DNA from: Phycisphaerae bacterium
Lineage (GTDB): Bacteria > Planctomycetota > Phycisphaerae > UBA1845
Length of the DNA: 64,000 bases
NCBI GenBank assembly: GCA_029260235.1
Contig: JAJDDP010000119.1
Location: 874 to 64,873 of the forward strand
Reading direction: 5' to 3'
Notes under the pieces: generated by a model
Seen by the model: only the letters and a program-made list of their open reading frames with translations
The model's database searches: none
Told to the model about the DNA's origin: nothing
Part shown: positions 19,267-28,216 of the stretch, piece after piece
Position numbering within the stretch: the first letter of the stretch is position 1
Layout: each line of letters opens with the position of its first letter
Program-made: the position numbers and the translations under genes

Positions 19267-19557
19267 TCACTGAGCAGGCGGCAGAAGCAGCGCCCCGAGA
19301 ACCAAAACCACCAAGAGCAGCATCGCCAGCAGGGCGGCCAGGGCGATCTTCCGCGCCCATGGTGGCGTTGGAGGCCTATAAGAGGCTGAGTAGGTCGAAT
19401 CCAATGCTTCCCCGCACTGGGGGCAAACCGGGGCATACACTTCCAACCGGAGTTCACAGCGGGGGCATTGGTACTCGATTTCCTCGGGGCTTGTTCCAAG
19501 GCTGGGGCTATCCGTCGCATGGGCAAGATCGCTGCTTGGTTCGACTGGGCGGTGCAT
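19267..19557 (-). CDS. Small zinc-ribbon membrane protein
   Basis: CPRC..CPQC followed by a C-terminal hydrophobic helix. Confidence 0.6.
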   Translation of the reverse strand: MHRPVEPSSDLAHATDSPSLGTSPEEIEYQCPRCELRLEVYAPVCPQCGEALDSTYSASYRPPTPPWARKIALAALLAMLLLVVLVLGALLLPPAQ

Positions 19558-19676
19558 GACTGCTTAGTCTACCCGCGATGGCCAGTCCGTAAATGGATGC
19601 TTGTAATTTGCAGCCGCTGGCGATGCCGCCAGCGGAGCTTCCGACCCAGCTCACGTCGCAGAGGAGCATTAGGCCA

Positions 19677-19705
19677 TTGCACCCCAGCCATCAGCGGAAT
19701 ATAAT
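19677..19705 (+). promoter_or_regulatory. sigma70 promoter for the PTS IIA gene
   Basis: TTGCAC-N17-TATAAT, ending 35 nt before the ATG at 19741. Confidence 0.7.
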
Positions 19706-19740
19706 GAGTGATTCCCTACATTGAACTAGGAACAGCCTCA

Positions 19741-20196
19741 ATGAAACTAACGGATATTCTTTCGGAATCATGCGTCTGCGTTCCCCTGAAGGCGACCGAC
19801 AAGGTTGGCGTCATCACCGAGCTGGTCGATGCGCTGGACAAGGAAGGCAAGATCCAGGATCGCAGCAAGGTACTTAAAGCCGTGTTGGATCGCGAGAAAA
19901 CGCGTTCGACAGGAATCGGCTATGGTTTGGCCGTACCCCATGGAAAATCGGCCTCGTGTAAGACCCTGGCCATGGCGATAGGTAGGCCTATCGAACCTAT
20001 CGATTTTCAGGGCAGTGACGGTGAACCTGCAAACATTATTGCCCTGCTGGCTTCGCCACCAGAGCGCACTGGCCCACACATCCAGGCGCTGGCCCGAATC
20101 TCGCGATTCATGCTCGTAGAAAAATTTCGCCAATCGTTGGCCACTGCCAAGGACGCCAGCGAATTTTACGAACTCATCAAGAAGCACGACGCCTAG
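19741..20196 (+). CDS. PTS sugar/nitrogen-regulatory EIIA domain protein (PtsN-like)
   Basis: LDREKTRSTGIGYGLAVPHGK (phospho-His), HIQALARISR. Confidence 0.92.
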   Translation: MKLTDILSESCVCVPLKATDKVGVITELVDALDKEGKIQDRSKVLKAVLDREKTRSTGIGYGLAVPHGKSASCKTLAMAIGRPIEPIDFQGSDGEPANIIALLASPPERTGPHIQALARISRFMLVEKFRQSLATAKDASEFYELIKKHDA

Positions 20197-20249
20197 GCTG
20201 GATTCTGGGTTGGACCCCCGGCGACCCAACGGTTGATCTGCTCCGTCGA

Positions 20250-21758
20250 CTAACGTCGATCAGAACCCGCCCAGATTGCTTCTTGCCGCTGGGCAGGATT
20301 CAATTCAGGAATAGGGTCGGCTGGGTGAACCAGGACGAGATGCCTTGAGGCGATTTGGATGGCAATGATTGCTCCGGTGACGGCTAGGAGCAGGTCGGTC
20401 GTGTCAGCCGTGCGTACACCGCCACGATACTGAAGAAACTCGCGGGCAAGAGCAAGCAAACCCACGGCTGCAACGGGCAATAGCCACTGAAGCCACGACT
20501 TGATCGGTCCAAGCAACAGGGCGATGGTCAGGGCCAGCAGGGCTGAATAGCCAACGATAGACAACACCTCAGCCAGTACAGAAATCAGCGAACGATGGTA
20601 GTAGGCTGAGAACGGCACCCACACCACGGGATGGGGAACTGACGTCAGCAAGCTGGTCTTGCCAAGTGGGAGAGAGCTAAGAAGAGAAACCCCTAGCTGA
20701 GCGAACAGGATCGGAACAAGAAAGATAGGTCGTAGCAAGACAGCCGGATTCTTCATCCAGGAAGATCCGCTCGGTTCATCCACGGTGAATAGCGCAAAGA
20801 AGGCGCCCAATCCTCCACAACAGATGTTCAAAACCGCATCCATACCATCAGACACCCTTGAGCACACAAACAGCTGCATAAGCTCGACGAGCACGGCCAA
20901 CAGGATGATCGAACCAACGGCACACTCGAGCGATCGAGCAGCGGACCTGCCCTTCTCTCGACTTGACAGCGCGGACATGAATCCAAAAGCGGCAAACAAG
21001 GCAGCCGCTTCCAGGGCTGAGACAAGCGCGCCAGGACCCGCAACCGCCCGCTGGCCCGCGAACATCTCAGAAGGCGCCAGCCAGCGCGATCGAACCAAAG
21101 AGCGATGAAGCTCATCCGTGCCACTCACAAAATCGAACGGTAGAAGTCCTACCACCAGGAGCACAAGCCCCAGGATGATTGTGGCGGTCGAGACGGGATA
21201 GTTGGACCATTTCTTGGCTGCTCGTTTGGTCGCGAGCGTGATAAGCAGGCCAACAAGCGGTGCCAGCACAATGCCTCCAAGCGTACCGCCCACATTAACC
21301 AGCACGTCCACCCAGGAGGCCACACGCTGCGGGATGAACGTTTGGGTCAGTTCAATGGCGAGGCTCAAAGCGAAACCAGCGGTAAGCGTTGCAGCGGTTG
21401 CGATGAGATAGCCAGTCCGTCTGCGAAGCCAGAGACAAATCGAGATGCCCAGGGGAAGGTAGACAGCCATATTAGTCAGCAGGTCGCTGGGGTCTGATGC
21501 AGGCCAACCAATCGCCGATAGCATTGCCGACGCATCGCCAAATGTCTGGGGAAACTGGAAATCGAACGGCGACAGAGATCCGGCTACGACCAGCAGGATG
21601 AGCATGGCTGGCAACCACCAAGGGATCAACACCCAGGAACCGGGCGCCGACTGAATTGTGTCCCGCACCTTGCCCATCAACCGCATCCTCCCCCCGAGTT
21701 GGGCGGAGAGGACTTCGGACACGTCCGAAAACCAGCTACGCCCACCATCCCGATCCAC
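20250..21758 (-). CDS. VanZ-family polytopic membrane protein with three VanZ-like repeats
   Basis: Three E-xx-Q...R...D units: IELTQTFIPQRVASWVD, VELMQLFVCSRVSDGMD, REFLQYRGGVRTADTTD. The start is uncertain. Confidence 0.75.
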   Translation of the reverse strand: MDRDGGRSWFSDVSEVLSAQLGGRMRLMGKVRDTIQSAPGSWVLIPWWLPAMLILLVVAGSLSPFDFQFPQTFGDASAMLSAIGWPASDPSDLLTNMAVYLPLGISICLWLRRRTGYLIATAATLTAGFALSLAIELTQTFIPQRVASWVDVLVNVGGTLGGIVLAPLVGLLITLATKRAAKKWSNYPVSTATIILGLVLLVVGLLPFDFVSGTDELHRSLVRSRWLAPSEMFAGQRAVAGPGALVSALEAAALFAAFGFMSALSSREKGRSAARSLECAVGSIILLAVLVELMQLFVCSRVSDGMDAVLNICCGGLGAFFALFTVDEPSGSSWMKNPAVLLRPIFLVPILFAQLGVSLLSSLPLGKTSLLTSVPHPVVWVPFSAYYHRSLISVLAEVLSIVGYSALLALTIALLLGPIKSWLQWLLPVAAVGLLALAREFLQYRGGVRTADTTDLLLAVTGAIIAIQIASRHLVLVHPADPIPELNPAQRQEAIWAGSDRR

Positions 21759-22011
21759 CCCTAGGGGTCATGCAGCACGGTTGGAACCGATGAGCTTGCT
21801 ATCTGGTGAAGATGGATGGCAACCGCGCTGTGGCCAGGAAGGTCCGCTAATCAACGCATTGATCAGGCCAATGCGCCCAGCCATCGCGCAGGGTTGGCTG
21901 CTGTCTAGTTGGGGGATTTGTGCGGTATGTGAAGAGGCGTTGCTTCAGTTAGACGAAGGGTGAAGTGGATGTTGTCCGACGATGACAGGCCAGGTCGATT
22001 GTCCCTGAACC

Positions 22012-22497
22012 TCACTTAACGATAATGATGGGCGTACTGATGACGTGCTTCCAGGTCCCCGGGTCAACCGCCATGCCTCCGTCTAGTGGAATCGCTGTAA
22101 CCTCGACCCGGTGGATCGCGTTTCCGCATTGCCCCTTGCCCACAAACATGACTGGAAAGAGGCCGTCCACTATCGGTTGCCCCGTGAGGATGGTCGCATC
22201 GAGGCTTATTGTGCCATTTCCCAACGTCTCATCAGTCAGCCAGCTGCCGGTACCCATGAATGACTGCCAGCCCGCGAACCGTGTCATCAGAAATCCCCAC
22301 TCGATAGCGGACTGGGCCATGGCACGGGCTTTGACCGAGTCCTGGTTGTCTAGTGCGCCGCGGTGCTCCACACGGGCGATCGAGATTGAGCCGAGGCCAA
22401 TGATGGTCACCAGCATAGCTGTGCTGATCAACAAGACGTAGGTGGTTCCCAGACGCCGATGCCGCCCGGCCAACAAGCTGGATTTAGATCGATTCAT
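22012..22497 (-). CDS. PilX/GspK-like minor pilin
   Basis: RRLG|TTYVLL class III signal lacking Glu5, followed by ARAMAQSAIEWG (PilX N-terminal pattern). Confidence 0.7.
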   Translation of the reverse strand: MNRSKSSLLAGRHRRLGTTYVLLISTAMLVTIIGLGSISIARVEHRGALDNQDSVKARAMAQSAIEWGFLMTRFAGWQSFMGTGSWLTDETLGNGTISLDATILTGQPIVDGLFPVMFVGKGQCGNAIHRVEVTAIPLDGGMAVDPGTWKHVISTPIIIVK

Positions 22498-22534
22498 AGT
22501 TGCCTCTGATCTATCATGCCCATGGTTGACGGCA

Positions 22535-24112
22535 TTAGGGATTGCCATCGCAAATCGAGCCATCCCCTTCAGCGGTCTGCAAGGTTCCATCGCCGCAACA
22601 ATATCTTCCCGACTGATTGCCGTTGAGCTCACTGTCACAGTCAGCCGAGCAGCTGTTGCAGTCTTCGCCCACCTCGCAGATTCCGTTACCGCACGCCGTG
22701 CCAGGTAGCAGACAAGTTACATCGGTTGAGCAATTGATGTCGGCGCAGTCGGTAGATCCGTCGCAGTCATTGTCTAGGCCGTCCGCACAGGTTGCACCTG
22801 CGACTTCAAATGATGGTGGAAGTCCGCAGTCATCAGGGCATGTGCAAGCGTTTTCGCCAGCGTCACAGGTCCCATCTCCACAGACCGCAGGCGGCGGATC
22901 ACCAGCGCCTGCCGCCCATTCGATGGCGCGCTTCATCATTGCTTGGCCATCGCTGTTCAGCGAAGTGATGTCGAACACCGCTGTCCCCCACGGCAGCTGA
23001 ACTCGACGGCCCGGAACAGGTGAACCGGTCCAAGCGGTAGACCCAGCTTCTAACACCACGAGAGAAGGATAGGCAATCGCGCCCATCGTAATCGTGTAGG
23101 CCAGGGGGGCATAATCTGGGCTTACAGTTCCGAATAGCGTGTAGACCGCTTGGGGCGAATCAAAGATGGTCAGCGCACTTATAGCCAAGTCGGTCGTGAT
23201 ATAGTGAGTGTTGTCAGTTACCTGTACATCGGATTGAGTTGTGGCCTTAGACGATTGGCAAAATCCAAGAATGTCCATCTGCTCTAAGTGCTCGTTCGCC
23301 ACCCCGATATTCACGTTTTGCAACTTGGTCCCCAGATTGGCGCTACTCAAGTGCATGGAAAGGTAAACTGCATCGTTGAGGTTCATGGCCGACGTGAATG
23401 CGCCTGATGGGCCGTTGCATGCGATTCTGGTCACCTCAAATCCCCAGGCTAGAAATAGTGATTCGCGGGTAATTTCGTCTGCCAGGGGGAAATCAACATC
23501 GGTAACCACATAGAGCAGCCGAACGGTGGCGCCGGGCGGCTCTAGACCCGCCGTCCGCAATGCCTCAAGCGTAATGGAAACCCCATTCGAGTCGGTGGCC
23601 ACCACGGTGATCAGCTTCATCCCCGCGTCTTCGCCAAACATTGCAGCACCAAACGTCCACGGATCAAGCAGCTTGATGCTGGCGGTTCGTGTCCAGCCAT
23701 CCGCTCCGGGCAGCTGTGCGCCGGTATTGTCGGTAGGCGGAGAAGACGACCATCCGTGGTAATCATCGCAATCGTCGAACTTCGACCGGTCACTGCCCAA
23801 TTCGTCGGCCTCGGGGCCCGGCACCGGCAATTCCAAAAGCTGCCCGCTAGAGCGATAGGAGAATGTTGAACCACCTCCATTATCCGGGTCGGCGTACGGT
23901 TGCTGGCGGATTTCCTCCATGAGTGATTGGGCCAGAATCATGCCCAGTTGCTGATTACTGCTGGAGCGGCGACCCATGCGCGATGCGCCGAGCGTATTCA
24001 ATGAGGCGATCAGAAGCCCGCCGACCACGCCGATGGAAATAACCGCTTCTGCCAAACTAAGGCTTCGGCGTCTCAAAGGGGAATCGTGTTGCCTGGGTTG
24101 CATGCGTGTCAT
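22535..24112 (-). CDS. PilV/GspI-like minor pilin fused to an extracellular domain and an 18-Cys acidic tail
   Basis: RRRS|LSLAE signal, LAQSLMEEI, FDDCDDYHG. C-terminal CGDGTC, CADGLDNDCDG and CGNGICE repeats. Confidence 0.75.
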   Translation of the reverse strand: MTRMQPRQHDSPLRRRSLSLAEAVISIGVVGGLLIASLNTLGASRMGRRSSSNQQLGMILAQSLMEEIRQQPYADPDNGGGSTFSYRSSGQLLELPVPGPEADELGSDRSKFDDCDDYHGWSSSPPTDNTGAQLPGADGWTRTASIKLLDPWTFGAAMFGEDAGMKLITVVATDSNGVSITLEALRTAGLEPPGATVRLLYVVTDVDFPLADEITRESLFLAWGFEVTRIACNGPSGAFTSAMNLNDAVYLSMHLSSANLGTKLQNVNIGVANEHLEQMDILGFCQSSKATTQSDVQVTDNTHYITTDLAISALTIFDSPQAVYTLFGTVSPDYAPLAYTITMGAIAYPSLVVLEAGSTAWTGSPVPGRRVQLPWGTAVFDITSLNSDGQAMMKRAIEWAAGAGDPPPAVCGDGTCDAGENACTCPDDCGLPPSFEVAGATCADGLDNDCDGSTDCADINCSTDVTCLLPGTACGNGICEVGEDCNSCSADCDSELNGNQSGRYCCGDGTLQTAEGDGSICDGNP

Positions 24113-24669
24113 TGTTGTATGACCTGCTGCCCATCGGTGGTTGGCTCATTGAGGATCTGAACCGAAATCCGCGCTTCGAGCTGGACATCCTTCTTGGTTC
24201 TGATGAAGATGGTGGCACCTGTGAAGACGTTTGTATCATTTCCTTGTTGGTCTTGACGGATGCCTTCGACAAGATTGAATTCCAAAACATCCACGTCTTC
24301 CAGAACGGCCACAGCGGCATCGCTGTTGTACTGTCGCATGAGCGGGCCGCCTGAGGATCCTCCCCAGTAGTAGCGAATGGTCTCATCGCCGACCGGACCA
24401 TGGCTGCGATCCGCCACCGAGAAAGTCATGTCCTCTTTCATGGGGTTGGTGAACGTGACGGCGTACTTGACTTCTGAGGCTATCTGGTCGAGCAGGTTGT
24501 GCAGCTCGATCAGCTGTTCCGGCGCGCTATCGCCAGCCGGTATCGTCTGAGCAGCTACGACCAAGGCTGATGTAAGTCCGCCCATCAGAATCACCATGAT
24601 GAACATGCTGACCATCATCTCGGCGAGGGTAAATGCAGGCCTTCTGGTTCTCTTGGGATGACGATTCAT
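24109..24669 (-). CDS. PilW/GspJ-like minor pilin
   Basis: RPA|FTLAEMMV signal, ETIRYYW. ATGA overlap with the next gene. Confidence 0.78.
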   Translation of the reverse strand: MNRHPKRTRRPAFTLAEMMVSMFIMVILMGGLTSALVVAAQTIPAGDSAPEQLIELHNLLDQIASEVKYAVTFTNPMKEDMTFSVADRSHGPVGDETIRYYWGGSSGGPLMRQYNSDAAVAVLEDVDVLEFNLVEGIRQDQQGNDTNVFTGATIFIRTKKDVQLEARISVQILNEPTTDGQQVIQQ

Positions 24670-24719
24670 TCGAATTTGTTCCTCTTCCAATCTTCTGGAA
24701 GGCACTCTCAACTCAGAGC

Positions 24720-25196
24720 CTATGGCCCAACGCTCGCCTTGCCGGTATCGGCGTCAAGCGTAACGGTCATCGCTCGGCTTCCTGAGCTGATCTTGATCGT
24801 GCCCCCAGAATCAGGCAGGCCATACCCATCGAAGATGACTGCCGTAGTACCACCGAAATCCGCCTTCACCGCGCGTAGGCGGTAAGGCTCCTCGGACAAT
24901 TCTACGGTATAGGTGTTGCCTGATCGGTCCAGGTCCGCTACTCCGAACAATAGGTATGATCTGCCGACCTGATCGAAGCTGACCATCTGGTTTGCTCCGG
25001 TGGTACGGGCATTCCTGCGGGCGTAGTCGAGATCAGCCACGATGCGGTAGGCAGCTACCTCTGCCCGATAATTAGACATGCTCGAAGCCGCCCGGGGGGC
25101 AGCAATCGCCGTGAACAGGCCAATGATCAGCAGGACGACGACCAATTCCGCGAAGGTGAAGGCTCTGATTCTCTGGTTGATTCGCAACATGCTCAT
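24720..25196 (-). CDS. FimT/GspH-like minor pilin
   Basis: RA|FTFAELVVV, ADLDYARRNA, VIFDGYGLP. Confidence 0.85.
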   Translation of the reverse strand: MSMLRINQRIRAFTFAELVVVLLIIGLFTAIAAPRAASSMSNYRAEVAAYRIVADLDYARRNARTTGANQMVSFDQVGRSYLLFGVADLDRSGNTYTVELSEEPYRLRAVKADFGGTTAVIFDGYGLPDSGGTIKISSGSRAMTVTLDADTGKASVGP

Positions 25197-25204
25197 ACTT
25201 CCGG

Positions 25205-25735
25205 TTACTTGATCATGGCTGCTCCACCGGCGTCTTTCATCGGTATCTCCGCCAGATCTGCTGCCGTCGCGTTGATTCCGAACTCTCCGGTAGAAAGGAC
25301 CGCCACCCAGCCACTGGATCCAGCGATGACCGGACTGGTGGGCGTGAGTATTACCCTGACGGTGTCCAGGTCATTCAATGGGTTCGTCGGGAATGGTGGG
25401 CGCAGGTAGGGCCCGAATATATAGGGAGACCCGTAGGTCGTGCTTACGTTTCCATTTTGATCACTGAATTCCATCAGTTGTCTGGGGAACATGGCGTTCT
25501 CCGGCGAGCCCGAGCTCGGGTTGTATCCAGGGTACTTTCCGTGCTCTGCCTCGTAGATTGCCATTGCCCGTGTCACTGTCGCTATGTTTGATTCAACAGA
25601 AGTACCCACAGCTGACGAAATGGCGGAACTAAACCGAGGTGCTGCAATGGCTGCTATGATGCCGATGATCACCACCACGATGACAAGCTCGACCAAGCTG
25701 AATGCACGCCGGGCTGCACTGCTCTGTCCGGTCAT
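25205..25735 (-). CDS. GspG/PilA-like major (pseudo)pilin 2
   Basis: RRA|FSLVELVIV..IAAPRF, YEAEHGKYP, FGPYL..FPTNP. Confidence 0.88.
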   Translation of the reverse strand: MTGQSSAARRAFSLVELVIVVVIIGIIAAIAAPRFSSAISSAVGTSVESNIATVTRAMAIYEAEHGKYPGYNPSSGSPENAMFPRQLMEFSDQNGNVSTTYGSPYIFGPYLRPPFPTNPLNDLDTVRVILTPTSPVIAGSSGWVAVLSTGEFGINATAADLAEIPMKDAGGAAMIK

Positions 25736-25814
25736 GTAGTTGGCCCCAAAGCAGCAGAGGGATGATGGTGGCCGATGCCCCGACAGACGCCACTATACTT
25801 TCCCACATAGAGAA

Positions 25815-25849
25815 GGCCGTCAGGAGCGTTGATGCTCAGACCGACGGCC
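25815..25849 (-). terminator. Stem-loop after major pilin 1 (attenuator or mRNA-stabilising hairpin)
   Basis: GGCCGTC (25815-25821) pairs with GACGGCC (25843-25849), with an inner GAGC/GCTC stem. The U-tract is weak. Confidence 0.5.
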
Positions 25850-25892
25850 CTCGTACAAATCGTTAGGTGCGAACAGCAACCGCAGGATGCGA

Positions 25893-26381
25893 CTAGTAGT
25901 CCACATAGTCCGTGCCGGCTTCGTCGGCGGCGGTTCCGGTGTTGGCGCTAATGTTTCCGGTGCCTTCGATGTAGATCCAACCCACCGTGGCTGCGTCCGC
26001 CGCTGCAGCCACCGTGTCACCGATGGCTCCCCCTGTAGTGCCGACACCGGCGATGGGCAAACCGGGAACAGCTTTTAGGTACGGACCGAAAATATGCGTC
26101 GCATCTTTGGTGGCGACTGTAGCGCCAGCCTCATCAGAGTAGGTCGTCAACATGTTTACGAAGGCAGCTACGGTCGGAAAGTTCCCGCCATGCTCTGCTG
26201 AGTACAGCTCGATCGCATTGCGCATCACAGCCAAGTTGCCACGGAGGGATGCGTCGCGGGCGCCCTTGGCACCTCGGCTCAACCGAGGTACGGCGATGGC
26301 GGCTATGACGCCGATGATGACGATGACGATGACCAATTCGACGAGACTGAAACCTCGGAGTCTGCGGTGAAAACGATGCAT
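25893..26381 (-). CDS. GspG/PilA-like major (pseudo)pilin 1
   Basis: RLRG|FSLVELVIV..IAVPRL, RNAIELYSAEHGGNFP, FGPYL. Confidence 0.9.
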   Translation of the reverse strand: MHRFHRRLRGFSLVELVIVIVIIGVIAAIAVPRLSRGAKGARDASLRGNLAVMRNAIELYSAEHGGNFPTVAAFVNMLTTYSDEAGATVATKDATHIFGPYLKAVPGLPIAGVGTTGGAIGDTVAAAADAATVGWIYIEGTGNISANTGTAADEAGTDYVDY

Positions 26382-26439
26382 GGGTGGTGCCCCCTTGCGC
26401 TAACCAAAGTGGATATTTTAACGTTCTTCTTACCCCAAT

Positions 26440-26467
26440 CTATCGTCGAAGGCTGCGTGCCTCTTTA
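26440..26467 (-). promoter_or_regulatory. sigma28 (FliA/WhiG/SigD)-like promoter of the major pilin
   Basis: Minus strand TAAAG-N15-GACGATAG in a 96-nt intergenic gap. Same spacing as the motif at 37896-37923. Confidence 0.6.
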
Positions 26468-26477
26468 GCGGGATGAA

Positions 26478-27026
26478 TCAATCAGAAGTATCAGAAACCA
26501 TCAATTCTGCACGGTTCTCGCCATTCTTGAAAACGGCAATGCGTCCGGTAATGTCGGCGAGTTTCCAGCCATCGACGACGTCGCCGATATTAACCCACCT
26601 CCCATCCAAGACTGCGATGTTTACACTTGCTCCGTGGATTACCGCCTCGAGCTTGTGGCTGGCGGAGAATTCGTCGGCAGAGATCCGTTGAGCCTGCTGC
26701 TTGCCGCTGCGAGGTCCTTCAGGACCATCTTCTGCTGTGATCAGTCGCATCGATTTGAGGACGGAAGGGGTCAGCTGAAACGCGTCCCGGAGATCGACTG
26801 CAGGCCGAGCTATTAGGCCGTTCGGAAACGCCTGAGGGGTTACTGCCACTGCATCCTCGCCATGAGCGGTTGAAGATTGGGCAGGGCCGGTGTTGCTGTC
26901 CGTGGCGGGCCGCGTTGGGGAAGCAGCTGCCGACGACGGTTCGCTGAAGACAAAGCGATCAAGCAACAAGGCCAAGAATCCAAAGGCCAGGAGTGCCGCG
27001 TAAAGTTTCTTCTTCTTTGGGTCCAC
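26478..27026 (-). CDS. PilP/GspC-like alignment protein
   Basis: N-terminal TM helix, low-complexity linker, LRDAF, beta-rich C-terminus (LEAVIHG..AVLDGRWVNIGDVVDGW). Position follows pilO. Confidence 0.65.
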   Translation of the reverse strand: MDPKKKKLYAALLAFGFLALLLDRFVFSEPSSAAASPTRPATDSNTGPAQSSTAHGEDAVAVTPQAFPNGLIARPAVDLRDAFQLTPSVLKSMRLITAEDGPEGPRSGKQQAQRISADEFSASHKLEAVIHGASVNIAVLDGRWVNIGDVVDGWKLADITGRIAVFKNGENRAELMVSDTSD

Positions 27027-27611
27027 TTATTGTTCCGTCGACTCTTCTTCCGCCTTATCCGCTGCGGAGTAGAAACTGAAGGTCAAATCCGCCCGCTTGT
27101 TTTGGGTGACTTGGGGGTCGGCAGATGCCATTTTCAAAAAAGTTACGTCTGCCCACGAAGATGATTGCTGAAAATCGTCCAGGAACTGAACATAGTCGTT
27201 GAACGTGCCGCTGGTGGTCATCTTGTAACGCAATTCTTGGATGCCAGGATACTGGTATGCCCCCAGAGGCATCAGGCCAGCCACCTGCAGGCCATTCTTG
27301 CGGGCCAATTCACTCAATTGCCTCAGCTCTCGTTCGACGGGAGTGGCCTGAGGGAGGAAGTCGCTTTCCCCGACAGTATCCTGGCGTTCATGCCCCGCGT
27401 CCGTTTTTCGACGGATCGCTTCGTCCATCCGAGACTGCATATCTTCAGCATGGCGGACTTCCTGATTGAGCGCATGGAGGGTCTTTGCCGTTGCTCCGGT
27501 GCCATAGAACGAAAACCAAAAACTTGTCCCGAGGCAGGCAGCCACCGAGAGTGCACCGGCAATATCGATCATGACGACTGAGTTTAGTTTCATCGTTCCT
27601 GCCATTACCAA
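27027..27611 (-). CDS. PilO/GspM-like protein
   Basis: TM helix, coiled coil, LSELARKNGL..GTFNDYVQFLDDF ferredoxin-like fold. Follows pilN. Confidence 0.72.
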   Translation of the reverse strand: MVMAGTMKLNSVVMIDIAGALSVAACLGTSFWFSFYGTGATAKTLHALNQEVRHAEDMQSRMDEAIRRKTDAGHERQDTVGESDFLPQATPVERELRQLSELARKNGLQVAGLMPLGAYQYPGIQELRYKMTTSGTFNDYVQFLDDFQQSSSWADVTFLKMASADPQVTQNKRADLTFSFYSAADKAEEESTEQ

Positions 27612-28216
27612 GTACAGGTCAGCTCAAAGTGAACCGCTCGTGACCGAAGTACATCCTGGCGTTCGGCGCGGACCAGCTCGACATAGTCAAATGCTCCCGA
27701 CGCCTTGAGCCGGGCCATGAATTCGTACAGATCATCATGGTCTATGGCATAGCCATCCAACATGAATGCACGAGCCCCAGCCAGAACCGTGAGTCCTTGG
27801 GTCGGCTCGTCTTTAGAGGCGGGTGGCCGCCCGGCTGGACGCGAGGGAGCCTGGGGCGTTTCGGTCGCCATGGTGGTCAACCACACCTCAGACGGCATTT
27901 CTTGGGAGATCATGGCCAAGAACGAGGCCCAGGATCGTTTGGTCCGCAGTGCATTGGCCCGCTCGATTTGCTCTACCAACTGGTCAAATTCGCCAATGAC
28001 GTCTGCCAGTTCGATGCGGGCGGAGGCGATCCTAATTGCCAAGTCGGCATTCTTGCGCCGAAGGCGATTGGCTACCGACTCCTGGTGAATTTGCCAACTG
28101 ATCGGAATTGCCGTCACGATTGCTGCCAACGTAAGGGCCAAACCCCAGCGGCGCAGGTGGCGCGCTCGGCGCTGACCTTCCATAATCGGCGGTGGAATCA
28201 GGTTGATACCGATCAC
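27605..28216 (-). CDS. pilN: PilN domain protein
   Basis: INLIP PilM-binding motif, TM helix, MPSEVWLTTM. The GTG start overlaps the pilM stop (GTGA). Confidence 0.82.
   Translation of the reverse strand: MIGINLIPPPIMEGQRRARHLRRWGLALTLAAIVTAIPISWQIHQESVANRLRRKNADLAIRIASARIELADVIGEFDQLVEQIERANALRTKRSWASFLAMISQEMPSEVWLTTMATETPQAPSRPAGRPPASKDEPTQGLTVLAGARAFMLDGYAIDHDDLYEFMARLKASGAFDYVELVRAERQDVLRSRAVHFELTCTW

Noticed and set aside
20250-21758. Glycopeptide-resistance determinant
   Set aside because: VanZ-like domains are widespread and no vanHAX or vanRS genes are present.
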